Source of the DNA: an uncultured Candidatus Rokubacteria bacterium | Lineage (GTDB): Bacteria > Methylomirabilota > Methylomirabilia > Rokubacteriales > CSP1-6 | NCBI GenBank assembly: GCA_963762145.1 | Contig: CAVXJS010000021.1 | Coordinates: 672,001-736,000, forward strand | DNA length: 64,000 nucleotides | Reading direction: 5' to 3' | Shown here: piece after piece, positions 9,080 through 18,979 of the stretch | Layout: each line of letters begins with the position of its first letter | Numbering within the stretch: position 1 is the stretch's first letter | The notes under the pieces: model-generated | The model's input: the letters and a program-made list of their open reading frames with translations, nothing else | Databases searched by the model: none | Told to the model about the DNA's origin: nothing | Position numbers and translations under genes: made by a program

Positions 9080-9829
9080 GTGAGATCTAGACTCGCGCGC
9101 GCGGCCTCGATCACGGCGCGGGTCGGCCTCCTCCTCACGCTGCTCGGGGCCCTCTCGCTCCTCCTGTCCGGCGCGGGCAGCCGCTGGGACTGGTGGGACT
9201 TTCGCACCGGGTTCGCGATCTTCCGCTGGACGCTCTACGGCGGGCTCGGCGCGGTGGTCGTCGCGCTGGCCGGCCTCGTGCTGGCGCTGCTCGCGCGGGC
9301 GTACAACACCGCGATCCTGTCGATCGGGACTCTCGTGCTGCTGATCGCGGTCGCGGTGGTGCCGGTCTCGCACCTCCGCGGCGCGGGAACCGTGCCCCCG
9401 ATCCACGACATCAGCACCGATCTCGACGATCCGCCGCGCTTCGTGGCGGTGCTCCCGCGCCGGGAGGGCGCGCCGAATACTGCGGAGTATGGCGGCGCCG
9501 CCCTCGCGGCCCAGCAGCGCGCCGGCTATCCCGATCTCGCGCCCGCGCGCTTCGCCGCGCCGCCGGAGCGGGTGTTCGCGCGCGCGGTGGACGTCGCCCG
9601 GGGGCTCGGCTGGGAGATCGTGGCCGCGGTGCCCGCGGAGGGACGCCTCGAGGCCACCGACCGCACCCGCTGGTTCGGCTTCCGGGACGACGTGGTGGTG
9701 CGCGTGCGTCCCGACGGCGCGGGCAGTCGCGTGGACGTGCGGTCGGTCTCCCGGGTGGGGCGCAGCGACCTCGGCACCAACGCGCGCCGGATCCGCACGT
9801 TCCTCGAGTCGCTGCGGGCGGGCCTCTAG
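9080..9829 (+). CDS. DUF1499 domain membrane protein (start uncertain)
   Basis: Three TM segments, PPIHDISTD, EATDRTRWFGFRDDVVVRV, VDVRSVSRVGRSDLGTNARRI. Confidence 0.88.
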   Translation: MRSRLARAASITARVGLLLTLLGALSLLLSGAGSRWDWWDFRTGFAIFRWTLYGGLGAVVVALAGLVLALLARAYNTAILSIGTLVLLIAVAVVPVSHLRGAGTVPPIHDISTDLDDPPRFVAVLPRREGAPNTAEYGGAALAAQQRAGYPDLAPARFAAPPERVFARAVDVARGLGWEIVAAVPAEGRLEATDRTRWFGFRDDVVVRVRPDGAGSRVDVRSVSRVGRSDLGTNARRIRTFLESLRAGL

Positions 9830-9833
9830 ACCG

Positions 9834-11000
9834 CTAGGGAGCGACCGCCACCCGGGCGACGAAGTCGCGGCGCAGCGTGAGGCCGAGCCCGGGGCCGGCG
9901 GGGGCCAGGACGTGGCCGTCCTCGAGCTCCACGCGCTCCTCCACCAGATCGTTGAGCAGCGGGTTGTGCCCGCGCGAGAACTCGAGGAGGTTCACGCTCG
10001 GGGTCGACACCGCGAGGTGCAGGCCCGCCGCGAAGAGGATGGCCGAGCCCCAGAGATGCGGCGCCACCGTGAGGTCGTGGGCGGCCGCGAGGGCGGCGAT
10101 GCGCTGGGTCTCGGTGATGCCGCCCGCGATGGCCACGTCGGGCTGGCAGACGTCCACCGCGCGCGCCGCGATCATGTCGCGGAACGCGAAACGGGTCTGC
10201 TCGCTCTCTCCCGCCGCGATCGGGATGTCGGTCGAGGCGCGGACCTCCGCCTGGCCCGCGAGGTTCTCGGACGATACCGGCTCCTCGAACCAGCCGAGAT
10301 CGCAGTCCTCGATTTTGCGCGTAAAGCGCATTGCTTCCCGCACGCTCCACGTGCCGTGGGCGTCCACCATGATGCCCACGTCGGGCCCGAGCGTCTCGCG
10401 CACCTCGCGAACCCGCGCGGCCGAATCGTCCACGCTCTTGTCTTGCAGACCGACCCGCAGCTTCACCGCGCGGTGCCCGCGCTCCACGTACTGGGTCATC
10501 TGCTTGCCGATGGCGCCCACCGGCGCCCAGCCCCCGCTCGCGTAGGCCGGGATCCGGTCGCGGTACTGCCCGCCCAGGAGGCGCCACACCGGCTGGCCCA
10601 CCGAGCGCCCGAGCAGATCCCAGCACGCGATGTCGATGCCGCTGATCGCGCTCATCGCGAGGCCGCGCCGGCCGATGGTGGGAAAGGTCCGCCCTTCGCG
10701 GGTGGCGTAACGGGCGCGCGAGCCGTTGTAGAGCAGCTCCCAGATCCCGGTGATGTCGCGCGGATCGCGCCCCACGATGGCGGGCCCCATCTCCTCGCGG
10801 ATCAGGGTGACCATCGCCGCGTAGTTGCCGAGATTGCCCACCGCGGCCTTGGCCTCACCGAGCCCCAGCAGCCCGGCGTCGGTCTCGATCTCGACCAGGC
10901 ACATGTTGAACGTGTCGTTGCGGCCGAAGTCGCTGACGTGGGCGTGCTCGGCGGGAATGGGGGCGCGGAGCCAGGTGGCGCGGACGGCGGTGATCTTCAT
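9834..11000 (-). CDS. Mandelate racemase/muconate lactonizing enzyme family protein
   Basis: GLGEA, ISGIDIACWDLLG, AYAS, KLRVG, MVDAH, WFEEP, AAGE, QPD, APH. Confidence 0.92.
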   Translation of the reverse strand: MKITAVRATWLRAPIPAEHAHVSDFGRNDTFNMCLVEIETDAGLLGLGEAKAAVGNLGNYAAMVTLIREEMGPAIVGRDPRDITGIWELLYNGSRARYATREGRTFPTIGRRGLAMSAISGIDIACWDLLGRSVGQPVWRLLGGQYRDRIPAYASGGWAPVGAIGKQMTQYVERGHRAVKLRVGLQDKSVDDSAARVREVRETLGPDVGIMVDAHGTWSVREAMRFTRKIEDCDLGWFEEPVSSENLAGQAEVRASTDIPIAAGESEQTRFAFRDMIAARAVDVCQPDVAIAGGITETQRIAALAAAHDLTVAPHLWGSAILFAAGLHLAVSTPSVNLLEFSRGHNPLLNDLVEERVELEDGHVLAPAGPGLGLTLRRDFVARVAVAP

Positions 11001-11032
11001 GGCGGGAGCGTACGACTCCCGCGCGATCGAAG

Positions 11033-11947
11033 TCAACGGCCGGCGGGCGGCACCGCGAGGTGAGTGAAGGCGGTCAGCGGCTCGCGGCGCGCCCGCCATG
11101 CGTCGGGGACCTCGGCTCCACCCGGCATGACCACGATGCTCCCCACGATGGCGCACAGGGTGTCGCAGTCGCCCAGGGCGGCCGCCGCCGTCCAGAGCGC
11201 CGACTCGTAGTCGCGCAGATGATGCCGGACGCACCAGAGCGCGAACGGCATGGTGTCCTGGGCCAGCGCTCGAATCCCGTTGCCGATCTGGCTCACCACG
11301 TCGAGGACCTCCGCGTCGGGTCCGATCGATGAGGCGCGCTCGATCGTGTCGCGGGTCGTGCTGACCGGCACCACGTCGAGCACCGCGCCGAAGAGCGCAT
11401 CCGGATCGGGTCCGGCTCCGCTCGCCCAGGCGGCCGCGGCGGCCACCGCCATCGCGCCCGCCTGGCCCTCGACATTGGCGTGGGTCACCGCGGCGGCCAG
11501 CCGCGCCTGCCCCGCCGCCATCTCGATATCTCCTGCGAAGTACGCCCCGATCGGGCCCGCCCGCATCGCACCGCCGTTGCCCATGGAGCCGACGCCGTCG
11601 AACGCGACGGCGGAGAGCGCGCGCCAGTCGCCGCCGCGGGCGATCTCGGTGAGGATCTGGTGGGTCACCCGCCCGTAGCCCCGCCACGGGTCGAGGCGGA
11701 GCTTGTGACCGAAGCGCCGGGCGAGCGTGTCCTGATCGATGGCACCGTGCTCCTCCAGTGTCTCGACCACCGAGATGGCCATGACCGTATCGTCCGAGAA
11801 GGTCCAGGGCGGATCAGGCAGCCAGCGGTGCTCGAGCCGCGCGAGCAGGGTGCGCGTGTCGACGAGACAGGCCTCCCCGAACGAATCACCCACGGAGAGG
11901 CCGTCCAGCGAGCGAAGCGCCCGCGCGCGAGCGGCCGAGCGGTCCAT
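11033..11947 (-). CDS. ADP-ribosylglycohydrolase family protein
   Basis: GLSVGDSFG, FSDDT.M, RGYG, GSMGNGGAMR, VTH, GDCDT..AIVG. SD GGAGG before ATG 11947. Confidence 0.9.
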   Translation of the reverse strand: MDRSAARARALRSLDGLSVGDSFGEACLVDTRTLLARLEHRWLPDPPWTFSDDTVMAISVVETLEEHGAIDQDTLARRFGHKLRLDPWRGYGRVTHQILTEIARGGDWRALSAVAFDGVGSMGNGGAMRAGPIGAYFAGDIEMAAGQARLAAAVTHANVEGQAGAMAVAAAAAWASGAGPDPDALFGAVLDVVPVSTTRDTIERASSIGPDAEVLDVVSQIGNGIRALAQDTMPFALWCVRHHLRDYESALWTAAAALGDCDTLCAIVGSIVVMPGGAEVPDAWRARREPLTAFTHLAVPPAGR

Positions 11948-11982
11948 CACGGGCACCTCCATCTTCCGCCGATCGGAGAGGG

Positions 11983-13044
11983 TCAGTCGATGCCGATCGT
12001 ACCCCAGAAGATGGGCTCCGGGTGCAGGCGCACGCCGAAGCGGACCTCGACCCCCGTCCGCACGCGGCGCGCGAAGGCGACGACGTCGCGCGCCCGCGCG
12101 CCATCGTGGCAGACGATGGCCAGCGTATGGCGGGTGGAGAGGCCGACCGGCCCCTCGCTCTGCCCGCGGGTGAAGCCGGCGCGCTCGATCAGCCAGGCCG
12201 CCGAGAGCTTGACCTGGCCGTCGGGCTGCGGCCAGCGCGGCATCGACAGGCCGGCCGCGCGCGCCTCGATCGCAGCCAGCGCGGCCGCGTCCACGATGGG
12301 ATTCAGAAAGAAGGAGCCGCAGCTCCGCCCGTTCGGATCGCCCGGGTCGAGCACCATGGACTTGGAGCGGCGCACCCGGATCACGGTCTCGCGCACGGTG
12401 GACAGCGGGGGCGACGCGCTCCCGACCTCGCGCGCGATGTCGGCATAGCCGAGATAGGGAGGCCCGCCCGGGACGAGCCGGTAGGTGGCGGCGAGGACCA
12501 CGTACCGCCCCGGGGCGCGGCTCTTGAAGAGGCTGTCGCGGTAGCCGAAGCCGCACTCGGCGGGCGCGAGCGTCACGACCCGGCCGCTCTCGCGGTCGAG
12601 CGCGCGCACCGAGGTGAGCGTGTCGCTCACCTCCTGGCCGTAGGCGCCGACGTTCTGGATTGGCGTGGCGCCCACCAGGCCGGGAATGCCGCTCAGGCAC
12701 TCGAGCCCCGCCCAGCCGCGCTCCACCGTGTGGCGCACGAGGTCGTCCCAGGGCTCGCCCGCGGCGGCCGTCACCTCCACCGCGCCGGGGATCTCGCGCG
12801 TGGTCACGCCGCGGAGGGCGATCTTGAGGACGAGCCCGTCCACGCCCTCGTCGGCGATGACCAGGTTGGAGCCGCCTCCCAGGACGCGCACCGGCAGCTT
12901 GCGGGAGGCCGCCCACCGGACGGCCTCCGCGACGGTCGCCTCGTCGGTGGCCTCGACCAGGTAACGGGCGGGGCCGCCGAGGTGAAGGGTGCAGTGGGGC
13001 GCGAGCGGGGCGTGCTCGACGGGGGTGAGCATGGGCGCGTCCAT
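11983..13044 (-). CDS. murB: UDP-N-acetylenolpyruvoylglucosamine reductase (start may be 13032)
   Basis: LGGGSNL, GLECLSGIPG.VGATPIQNVGAYG, FGYRDS.FK, SCGSFF.NP, KLSAAWLIE, L.PEP. Confidence 0.95.
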   Translation of the reverse strand: MDAPMLTPVEHAPLAPHCTLHLGGPARYLVEATDEATVAEAVRWAASRKLPVRVLGGGSNLVIADEGVDGLVLKIALRGVTTREIPGAVEVTAAAGEPWDDLVRHTVERGWAGLECLSGIPGLVGATPIQNVGAYGQEVSDTLTSVRALDRESGRVVTLAPAECGFGYRDSLFKSRAPGRYVVLAATYRLVPGGPPYLGYADIAREVGSASPPLSTVRETVIRVRRSKSMVLDPGDPNGRSCGSFFLNPIVDAAALAAIEARAAGLSMPRWPQPDGQVKLSAAWLIERAGFTRGQSEGPVGLSTRHTLAIVCHDGARARDVVAFARRVRTGVEVRFGVRLHPEPIFWGTIGID

Positions 13045-13064
13045 CTTACCGCGGGGGCGCTCGG

Positions 13065-13140
13065 CCCCTCACCCTGCCCTGGACTTCACCCTCGCCCCCG
13101 AAGGGGGAGAGGGCAGGGTGAGAAGCTCAAGGGTGAGGGG
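13065..13140. repeat. Repeat family A, composite copy
   Basis: CCCCTCACCCTGCCCT...GGGGGAGAGGGCAGGGTGAG...AGGGTGAGGGG. Confidence 0.85.
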
Positions 13141-13141
13141 C

Positions 13142-13663
13142 TCAGCGGGAGAGGAGCCAGCCGAGGGTGCCCGCGGCCAGCACCGCGAGCACCGGCGGCA
13201 CGCGATCCGACGTGACCAGGAGCGCGGTGAGCGCCGCGAGCGCCAGGGTCAGCGCGTCGTGGATCGCGGTGCGCGCCACCGTGTACACCCCGCCCGCCAT
13301 GAGCCCGACGCCGACGGGAATCAGTGCCCGCTCCGCGGTGGCGGCCCAGCGCCGGGTGCGCCACTGCTGCCAGTGGTGCGAGATCACCATCGCGAGCACC
13401 GAGGTGGGCACGAACATCGCGAGCCCCGCGAGGATGCCGCCGAGCACCCCGTGCGCGCGGTAGCCCACGAAGACCGCGATGAGCATGTTCGGGCCCGGCG
13501 TGAGCTGCGTGAGCGTGTAGCCGTCCACGAACTCGCGCGCGGTGAGCCAGCCGTGGATCGTCACCGACTGCCGCTCCATCTCCGGGATCACCCCGAGCCC
13601 GCCCCCCACGCAGAGCAGGCTCAGCCAGAGAAAGGTCCAGGTGAGCAGGGCGAGATCCATCAT
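13142..13663 (-). CDS. chrA: Short-chain chromate transporter, second subunit
   Basis: GGG, GWLT..EF, LTQLTPGPN, GY, hydrophobic TMs. Confidence 0.9.
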   Translation of the reverse strand: MMDLALLTWTFLWLSLLCVGGGLGVIPEMERQSVTIHGWLTAREFVDGYTLTQLTPGPNMLIAVFVGYRAHGVLGGILAGLAMFVPTSVLAMVISHHWQQWRTRRWAATAERALIPVGVGLMAGGVYTVARTAIHDALTLALAALTALLVTSDRVPPVLAVLAAGTLGWLLSR

Positions 13664-14250
13664 CAGCAGATCTCCTCCCGGGAGGCGCTCCCGGCCGACG
13701 GCGGCGCGGCGGGCGGCGCCGGCCCGGTCCAGTGCAGCGCCAGGCTCACCGCCGCCATCACGAGCACCACGGCCACGGTGGGCAGGCGGAGCGGGCCCAC
13801 CGCGAGGAACGTGATCGCGGCCACCACGAAGCCCCGGGCTCCGCGGAGCGAGCCGCGCGTGATGCGCAGGGTGGTGACGAGCACGAGGCCCACCACCGCG
13901 GCGCTCAGGCTGCGCAGCAGGAGCGTGGCGGAGGCGCCGAAGGCGCCGTGCAGGTAGAGCCGCGCCACCCCCACCAGGATGACCGCGCCTGGTAGCACGA
14001 TCGCGAGGAGGCCCCAGACACCGCCCGCCATGCCGGCCAGCCGGTAGCCCAGGGCGACCGCGAGATTGCTGAAGTTAGGGCCGGGCAGCACCTGGCTCAG
14101 CGTGAAGTCCTGCACGAACTCGTCGTGCCGGATCCAGCCGCGGCGCCGCACGAGCGCGTCGTGGAAGTAGGCGCTGCGGCCGCCGCCGAGGCTCGAGAGG
14201 CCGGTCCAGGTGAAGACCGCGATCAGCCGGAGGAGGGAGACGCGCCTCAC
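13663..14250 (-). CDS. chrA: Short-chain chromate transporter, first subunit
   Basis: LGGG, V.RRGWI..DEF, LSQVLPGPN, LGYRLAG..G. Overlaps the partner start. Confidence 0.9.
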   Translation of the reverse strand: MRRVSLLRLIAVFTWTGLSSLGGGRSAYFHDALVRRRGWIRHDEFVQDFTLSQVLPGPNFSNLAVALGYRLAGMAGGVWGLLAIVLPGAVILVGVARLYLHGAFGASATLLLRSLSAAVVGLVLVTTLRITRGSLRGARGFVVAAITFLAVGPLRLPTVAVVLVMAAVSLALHWTGPAPPAAPPSAGSASREEIC

Positions 14251-14365
14251 GAGCCCAGCCGAGCGGGGGCGTCAGGCATCGCCCCGGAGTGTAGCACTTC
14301 GCGTCTGGAAGGCGGGTTCCGGGGCGTTCTCCCCGGACCTCACCCAGCGATGATAGGCTCACGCG

Positions 14366-15157
14366 ATGACCAACCATGCTCTGAGCCAGCCCGCGGTCGA
14401 TCTGCGTGAAGCCGAGGGTGTCTGGTGGATCACGTTCGATCGGCCGGAGGCGAGCAATGCCTTCACCCTCGCCGACCTGGACCGCCTGGCCGAGATCTTC
14501 CAGGAAGCCGGTGCCCGGCCGCCGCGCGCGGCCGTCCTCACCGGTGCGGGGCCGCGAGCGTTTTCCGCCGGCATGCATCTTCAGGCCTTCTCGGACCTCA
14601 CGCCGGAGCGCGCGAGGGAATTCATCGTCAAGAACCGAAAGCTTCTGGCGGCCGTCCGGACGGCGTCGTTCCCGACCATTGCGGCTATCAACGGACATTG
14701 CCTGGGAACTGGACTGGGCCTCGCGCTGGTCTCGGACCTTCGCATCGCGGTGCCACACGCCACCTTCGGGCTTCCAGAGATCAAGGTGGGGGTACCGTCG
14801 GTGTGCGACATCGCGCTCCTTCAGCAGCACATCGGCCTGTCCAAAGCCAAGGAAGTGATCCTGACGGGTGACAGCTATTCCGTAAGCGAGCTCGCCCCCT
14901 ACGGGTTCCTGAACGCGGTCGTCTCGGCGGATGAGCTCGTCGCCGAGACCGAGCGCATGCTCGCGAGAGTGGTCCGGCATACCCGGACGGTCACGGCGGC
15001 ACAGAAGCGATTGTTCGAGATCTGGCAAACGACGAATTTGACTGCGGGCATCGACATGAGTGTCGATATCTTCGCCGGCGTATTCGACTCGCGGGAAACG
15101 TATGAGCAGATAGACCGGCATCGGCTGGCCATCGGTCGGAAGCCCGAGACCACCTGA
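14366..15157 (+). CDS. Enoyl-CoA hydratase/isomerase family protein
   Basis: ITFDRPEASNA, GPRAFSAGM, PTIAAINGHCLG.G, DLRIA, FGLPEIKVG. Confidence 0.92.
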   Translation: MTNHALSQPAVDLREAEGVWWITFDRPEASNAFTLADLDRLAEIFQEAGARPPRAAVLTGAGPRAFSAGMHLQAFSDLTPERAREFIVKNRKLLAAVRTASFPTIAAINGHCLGTGLGLALVSDLRIAVPHATFGLPEIKVGVPSVCDIALLQQHIGLSKAKEVILTGDSYSVSELAPYGFLNAVVSADELVAETERMLARVVRHTRTVTAAQKRLFEIWQTTNLTAGIDMSVDIFAGVFDSRETYEQIDRHRLAIGRKPETT

Positions 15158-15197
15158 GCCCGCTACTGGCCAGCATCTCCTGGCCGCGCTCCACCGA

Positions 15198-15227
15198 CCC
15201 TCTCCCCCCGGGTCCGGGGGGAGAGGG
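15198..15227. repeat. Repeat family A, hairpin core only
   Basis: CCCTCTCCCCCCGG GT CCGGGGGGAGAGGG between convergent genes. Confidence 0.75.
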
Positions 15228-15252
15228 CGCGGAGCGGAAGGCGACTACGCGA

Positions 15253-15669
15253 TCAGTAGCGCCAGCGCGGATGAGGGGCCGGGCGATACGGCGCGCCGCC
15301 GTAGCACCAGCCCTTCTTCGCGTGGCCGGGCGGGCAGAACGCGGGCTGCGGGTGCACGACCACGTGCCGCGGCACCGGCACGTACACCGGATACGGCTTC
15401 ACGATGACCCGCGGAGCGGGGACGTACGCGCGAGGCCGCGGCGCGTAGTAGACCGGCGCCGGCGGTGCGTAGACCACCGGAGGCGGCGCGTAGACCACCG
15501 GCGCGGGCGCCACGACCGGCCCGCGCTGGAAGATGCCGACTCCGCCCAGGATCTGGTTGAACACGGCGAACGCGCCGAGCCCGAGGGCGGCGTCCGTGGA
15601 CCCGCCCGCGAAGGCCAGCGTTGGAGCAAAGACCGCGGCAGCGAGAACCAGCGCGATCAGCTTTTTCAT
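15253..15669 (-). CDS. Secreted proline-rich hypothetical protein (PVVYAPP repeats, CPPGHAKKGWC motif)
   Basis: SD AGGAGG. Signal MKKLIALVLAAAVFAPTLAFA, followed by tandem PV(V/Y)YAP units. Confidence 0.8.
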   Translation of the reverse strand: MKKLIALVLAAAVFAPTLAFAGGSTDAALGLGAFAVFNQILGGVGIFQRGPVVAPAPVVYAPPPVVYAPPAPVYYAPRPRAYVPAPRVIVKPYPVYVPVPRHVVVHPQPAFCPPGHAKKGWCYGGAPYRPAPHPRWRY

Positions 15670-15849
15670 GGTGTTGCCTCCTGCCCGGGGCCATGGATGC
15701 CGCCCCGTGCACCGCATGAGACGAGACCGGGGGGCGGCGTGTTTACCGGCGGCCGGCCTGGATGGCTGAGCGGCGGAACTCCGCCAATCTGCAGGGGAAT
15801 TCGAAGCCGAATCTGGCGGACCCACGCCGCTTGTCTTACCATGCGAGGC

Positions 15850-17892
15850 ATGAGCGAACATGCGAGCGTCTGCCCCCTCGATTGCCCCGACACCTGCAGC
15901 CTCACCGTCACCGTGGAGCACGCGAAGATCGTCAAGATCCGCGGCTCGCGGGCCAATCCCTACACCGCGGGGGTGATCTGCACCAAGGTCGCCGGCTCGT
16001 ATCCCGAGTGGGTGCACGGGCCCGGGCGCCTGCAGACCCCGCTGCGCCGCATCGGCGCCAAGGGCGAGGGACGCTTCGCGCCGGTCTCCTGGGACGAGGC
16101 GCTCGACATCATCCACGAGCGCGTGACCGGCGTCATCGCGGCACACGGGCCGCAGGCGGTGCTGCCGCTGAACTACGCGGGGCCGCACGGCATGCTCGCC
16201 GTACGCCTCGATGGACCTGCGCTTCTTCCACAAGCTGGGCGCCTCGCTGCTGGACCGCAAGCCGCTCTGCGGCGGCATCCGCACCGAGGCCTGGCTCGGC
16301 ACCTTCGGCACCACGCCCGGCATCGCGCCCGAGCAGGTGCGCGCACTCCAAGCTCGTCGATCGCGTGGGGCAACAACGTCACGTGGTCGAACCTCCACCT
16401 CACGCCGATCCTCAACGCGGCCCGCCGCGACGGGGCCAAGCTCGTGGTGGTGGATCCCAAGCGCATCAAGGTCGCCGAGCAGGCGGACATGCACGTCGCG
16501 CTCCAGCCCGGCACCGACGTGGTGCTGGCCTGGGCGCTCGCCGCGGAGCTGGAGCGGCGGGGCGCGCTTCGACCGCGCGTTCATCGAGCGGCACGTGACG
16601 GGCTTCGAGGAGTTCATGGGCGGACGCGCGCCGCTACTCGGTGGCGGACGCGGCGCGGATCTGCCGGGTGCCCGAGGCGCAGATCCGCCAGCTCGCGGAG
16701 TGGTACCACACGCTCTCGCCCGCCTCCATCAGCGTGGGCAACGGGCTCGAGCGCAACCAGAACGGCGGCAGCGGCATCCGCGCGATCTTCGCCCTGCCCG
16801 CGCTGGCCGGGAAGTTCGGGGTGCCGGGCGGCGGCCTCGTCAACGGCGCCGGCTTCGCGTTCCCGAAGACGCCCGCCAAGCTGCAGCGGCCGGACCTGCG
16901 TGCCCGCCGGGCACCCGCACGCTCAACATCGTGGACGTGGGCGCGCACCTGCTCGATCCCGACGCTCTCGCCGCCGATCAAGGCGCTCTTCATCTACAAC
17001 CACAACCCGCTCATCGTGCACCCGGACCAGAACCGCATGCGCCGCGGGCCTGGCCCGCGAGGACCTCTTCGTGGTGGGCTGCGACGTGGTGATGACCGAC
17101 AGCCTGGCCTACTGCCGACGTGGTGCTGCCCGCCTCCAGCCACTTCGAGTACGACGACCTCTACGCGGCCTACGGCCAGCACTGGCTGCAGCGCGCCGAG
17201 CCGGTGATCCGCCCGCAGCGGCGAGTCGCTGCCCAACACCGAGATCTTCCGCCGGCTGGCCGCGCGCTTCGGCTTCACCGACCCGATCTTCGCCGCCAGC
17301 GACGCCGAGCTGATGGACGACGCGGTGGACGCCGCCGACCCGCGCCTGGGCGGCGTGCGCCCCGAGCCGCCTGCCCACCGACCGCGCCACCGCCATGACG
17401 GTGGGCGGCGAGGACGCGATCCTGTTCAAGAACGTCTTCCCCAAGACCGCCTCCGGCAAGGTGGAGCTGGCCTCGGAGTACCTCGAGAAGAAGTACGGCA
17501 GCCGGCTGCCGACCTACCGGCCCTACGAGACGACGTTCCCGCTGATCCTCATCACGCCCGCCTCGGACGAGCGCATCACCTCCACCTTCGGCGGGCTCAA
17601 GGCGGGCGACGACGACGCCGCCGCTCGAGATGCACCCCGACGACGCGCGGGCCCGCGGGCTCGCGGACGGCGTGCGGGTGCGGGTGTGGAACGAGCTGGG
17701 CGAGGTGCACCTGCCGCTCCGGATCACCGACGAGGTGCCGGCCCGGCGTGGTCTGCAGCGCTCAAGGGCGCGTGGATGCAAGACGAGCGACAACGGCCAG
17801 ACCGTCTCCGCGCTGGCCCCCGGCCACCACGCCGACATCTGCCGGCGGCGCCTGCTACAACGACACGCCGCGTCGAGGTCGCCGCCCTCTAG
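15850..17892 (+). CDS. Molybdopterin oxidoreductase (bis-MGD family) with many frameshifts (probable sequence errors; pseudogene not excluded)
   Basis: CPLDCPDTC..C.K Fe-S motif, RL.TPLRR, WGNN, VVVDP, YNHNP, DVVLPA, MHPDDA..RGL. Pieces are spread over all three + frames. Confidence 0.85.
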
Positions 17893-17903
17893 TTCCCCTC
17901 TAG

Positions 17904-17985
17904 CCCCCACCCTACCCTCTCCCCCTCGACGGGGGAGAGGGGGTGCGAATCCCTCTCCCCTCAGGGGAGAGGGCAGGGTGAGGGG
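17904..17985. repeat. Repeat family A, inverted doublet
   Basis: Two CCCTCTCCCC/GGGGAGAGG hairpins flanked by CCCCCACCCT and AGGGTGAGGGG, between convergent genes. Confidence 0.85.
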
Positions 17986-18023
17986 TGGTCTACCTCCGGA
18001 ATGACTGCACGGCGGCGATGAAT

Positions 18024-18443
18024 CTACCGCTCGACGTTCTCCTCGGCGATGGCCTTGCGGGCCTTCATGTTGAAGCGGCCGTCGTAGACCGGCTGCCCGC
18101 CCGTGGTCGGCCCCTGGTACTGTACGAAGAGCATGAGGCCCCCGGTCTTGGTGGAGAGCGCCTCCTCGAAGTGCGGGTCGGGGTAGAAGAGCATCGTCCC
18201 CGGCGTGTAGACCGCATCGCCGATCCGGAACTCGCCCTCGAGGATGTACCAGACCTGCGCGAAATCGTGCTTGTGGAACGGATGGTGCGAGCCCGGCTCG
18301 TAGCGGACCAGGCCCGCGTTGGGCTCGGTCGGCCGCTCGCCGCGCGGGTGGAAGAGCATCTTGCTCCACTGGCCCGGCCAGCGCAGCGTCTCCCACTCCC
18401 GATCGTCGGCGTGCACCGCTTCCATTGGCTGATGCTCTTGCAT
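18024..18443 (-). CDS. Cupin domain protein (ChrR-like)
   Basis: RYEPGSHHPFHKH..Q..YILEGEF, PG...YPDPH.E. Confidence 0.8.
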   Translation of the reverse strand: MQEHQPMEAVHADDREWETLRWPGQWSKMLFHPRGERPTEPNAGLVRYEPGSHHPFHKHDFAQVWYILEGEFRIGDAVYTPGTMLFYPDPHFEEALSTKTGGLMLFVQYQGPTTGGQPVYDGRFNMKARKAIAEENVER

Positions 18444-18454
18444 GACGGTCGCTC

Positions 18455-18925
18455 CTAGCGCTTGGTGTTGGCGCGGGTGAGCTCGGAGGTCAGGCAGCGC
18501 GCCACCCACGCGTCACGCTTGGCCGGCGCGACCACGTCGTCGGGGGTGCGCGGGGTGAAGCGCGCGAGGGCCTCCCAGCAGCGCTCGCGGGCCTGCGCCA
18601 TCTGCAGATCGGCCTGGAGGACCCGCACGGTGCGGCTCCGCTCGATGTCCCATCGCACCGCCACCACCACCACCGCGAGGGCCGCGCCCACCACCATGAG
18701 GAGGAACAGGACGGCGGCCACGCCCTGCCACTGGCGGATGCGCCGCTCGGCGGCGTCCACCAGGCCGGAGATCTTCACCTCCACCGGCCCGCCCGCGTGC
18801 CGGATGATCTCCACCTCGCGCCGCGGCGCGTGCGGGAGCAGCGCGGAGGCGGAACGGTCGCGCGCCGGGCGCGTGGGAGCTGCCGCGTCCAGCAGGGACG
18901 GCTGTCTCGAATCGATCGCTCCCAT
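18455..18925 (-). CDS. Hypothetical single-TM protein
   Basis: SD GGAG. Central hydrophobic helix followed by a coiled-coil-like segment with two Cys. Confidence 0.6.
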   Translation of the reverse strand: MGAIDSRQPSLLDAAAPTRPARDRSASALLPHAPRREVEIIRHAGGPVEVKISGLVDAAERRIRQWQGVAAVLFLLMVVGAALAVVVVAVRWDIERSRTVRVLQADLQMAQARERCWEALARFTPRTPDDVVAPAKRDAWVARCLTSELTRANTKR

Positions 18926-18979
18926 GCCTAATCTCCTTTGGTCATGACGCACCGCGGTTGCCCTGCACCGCCCTCCTTC

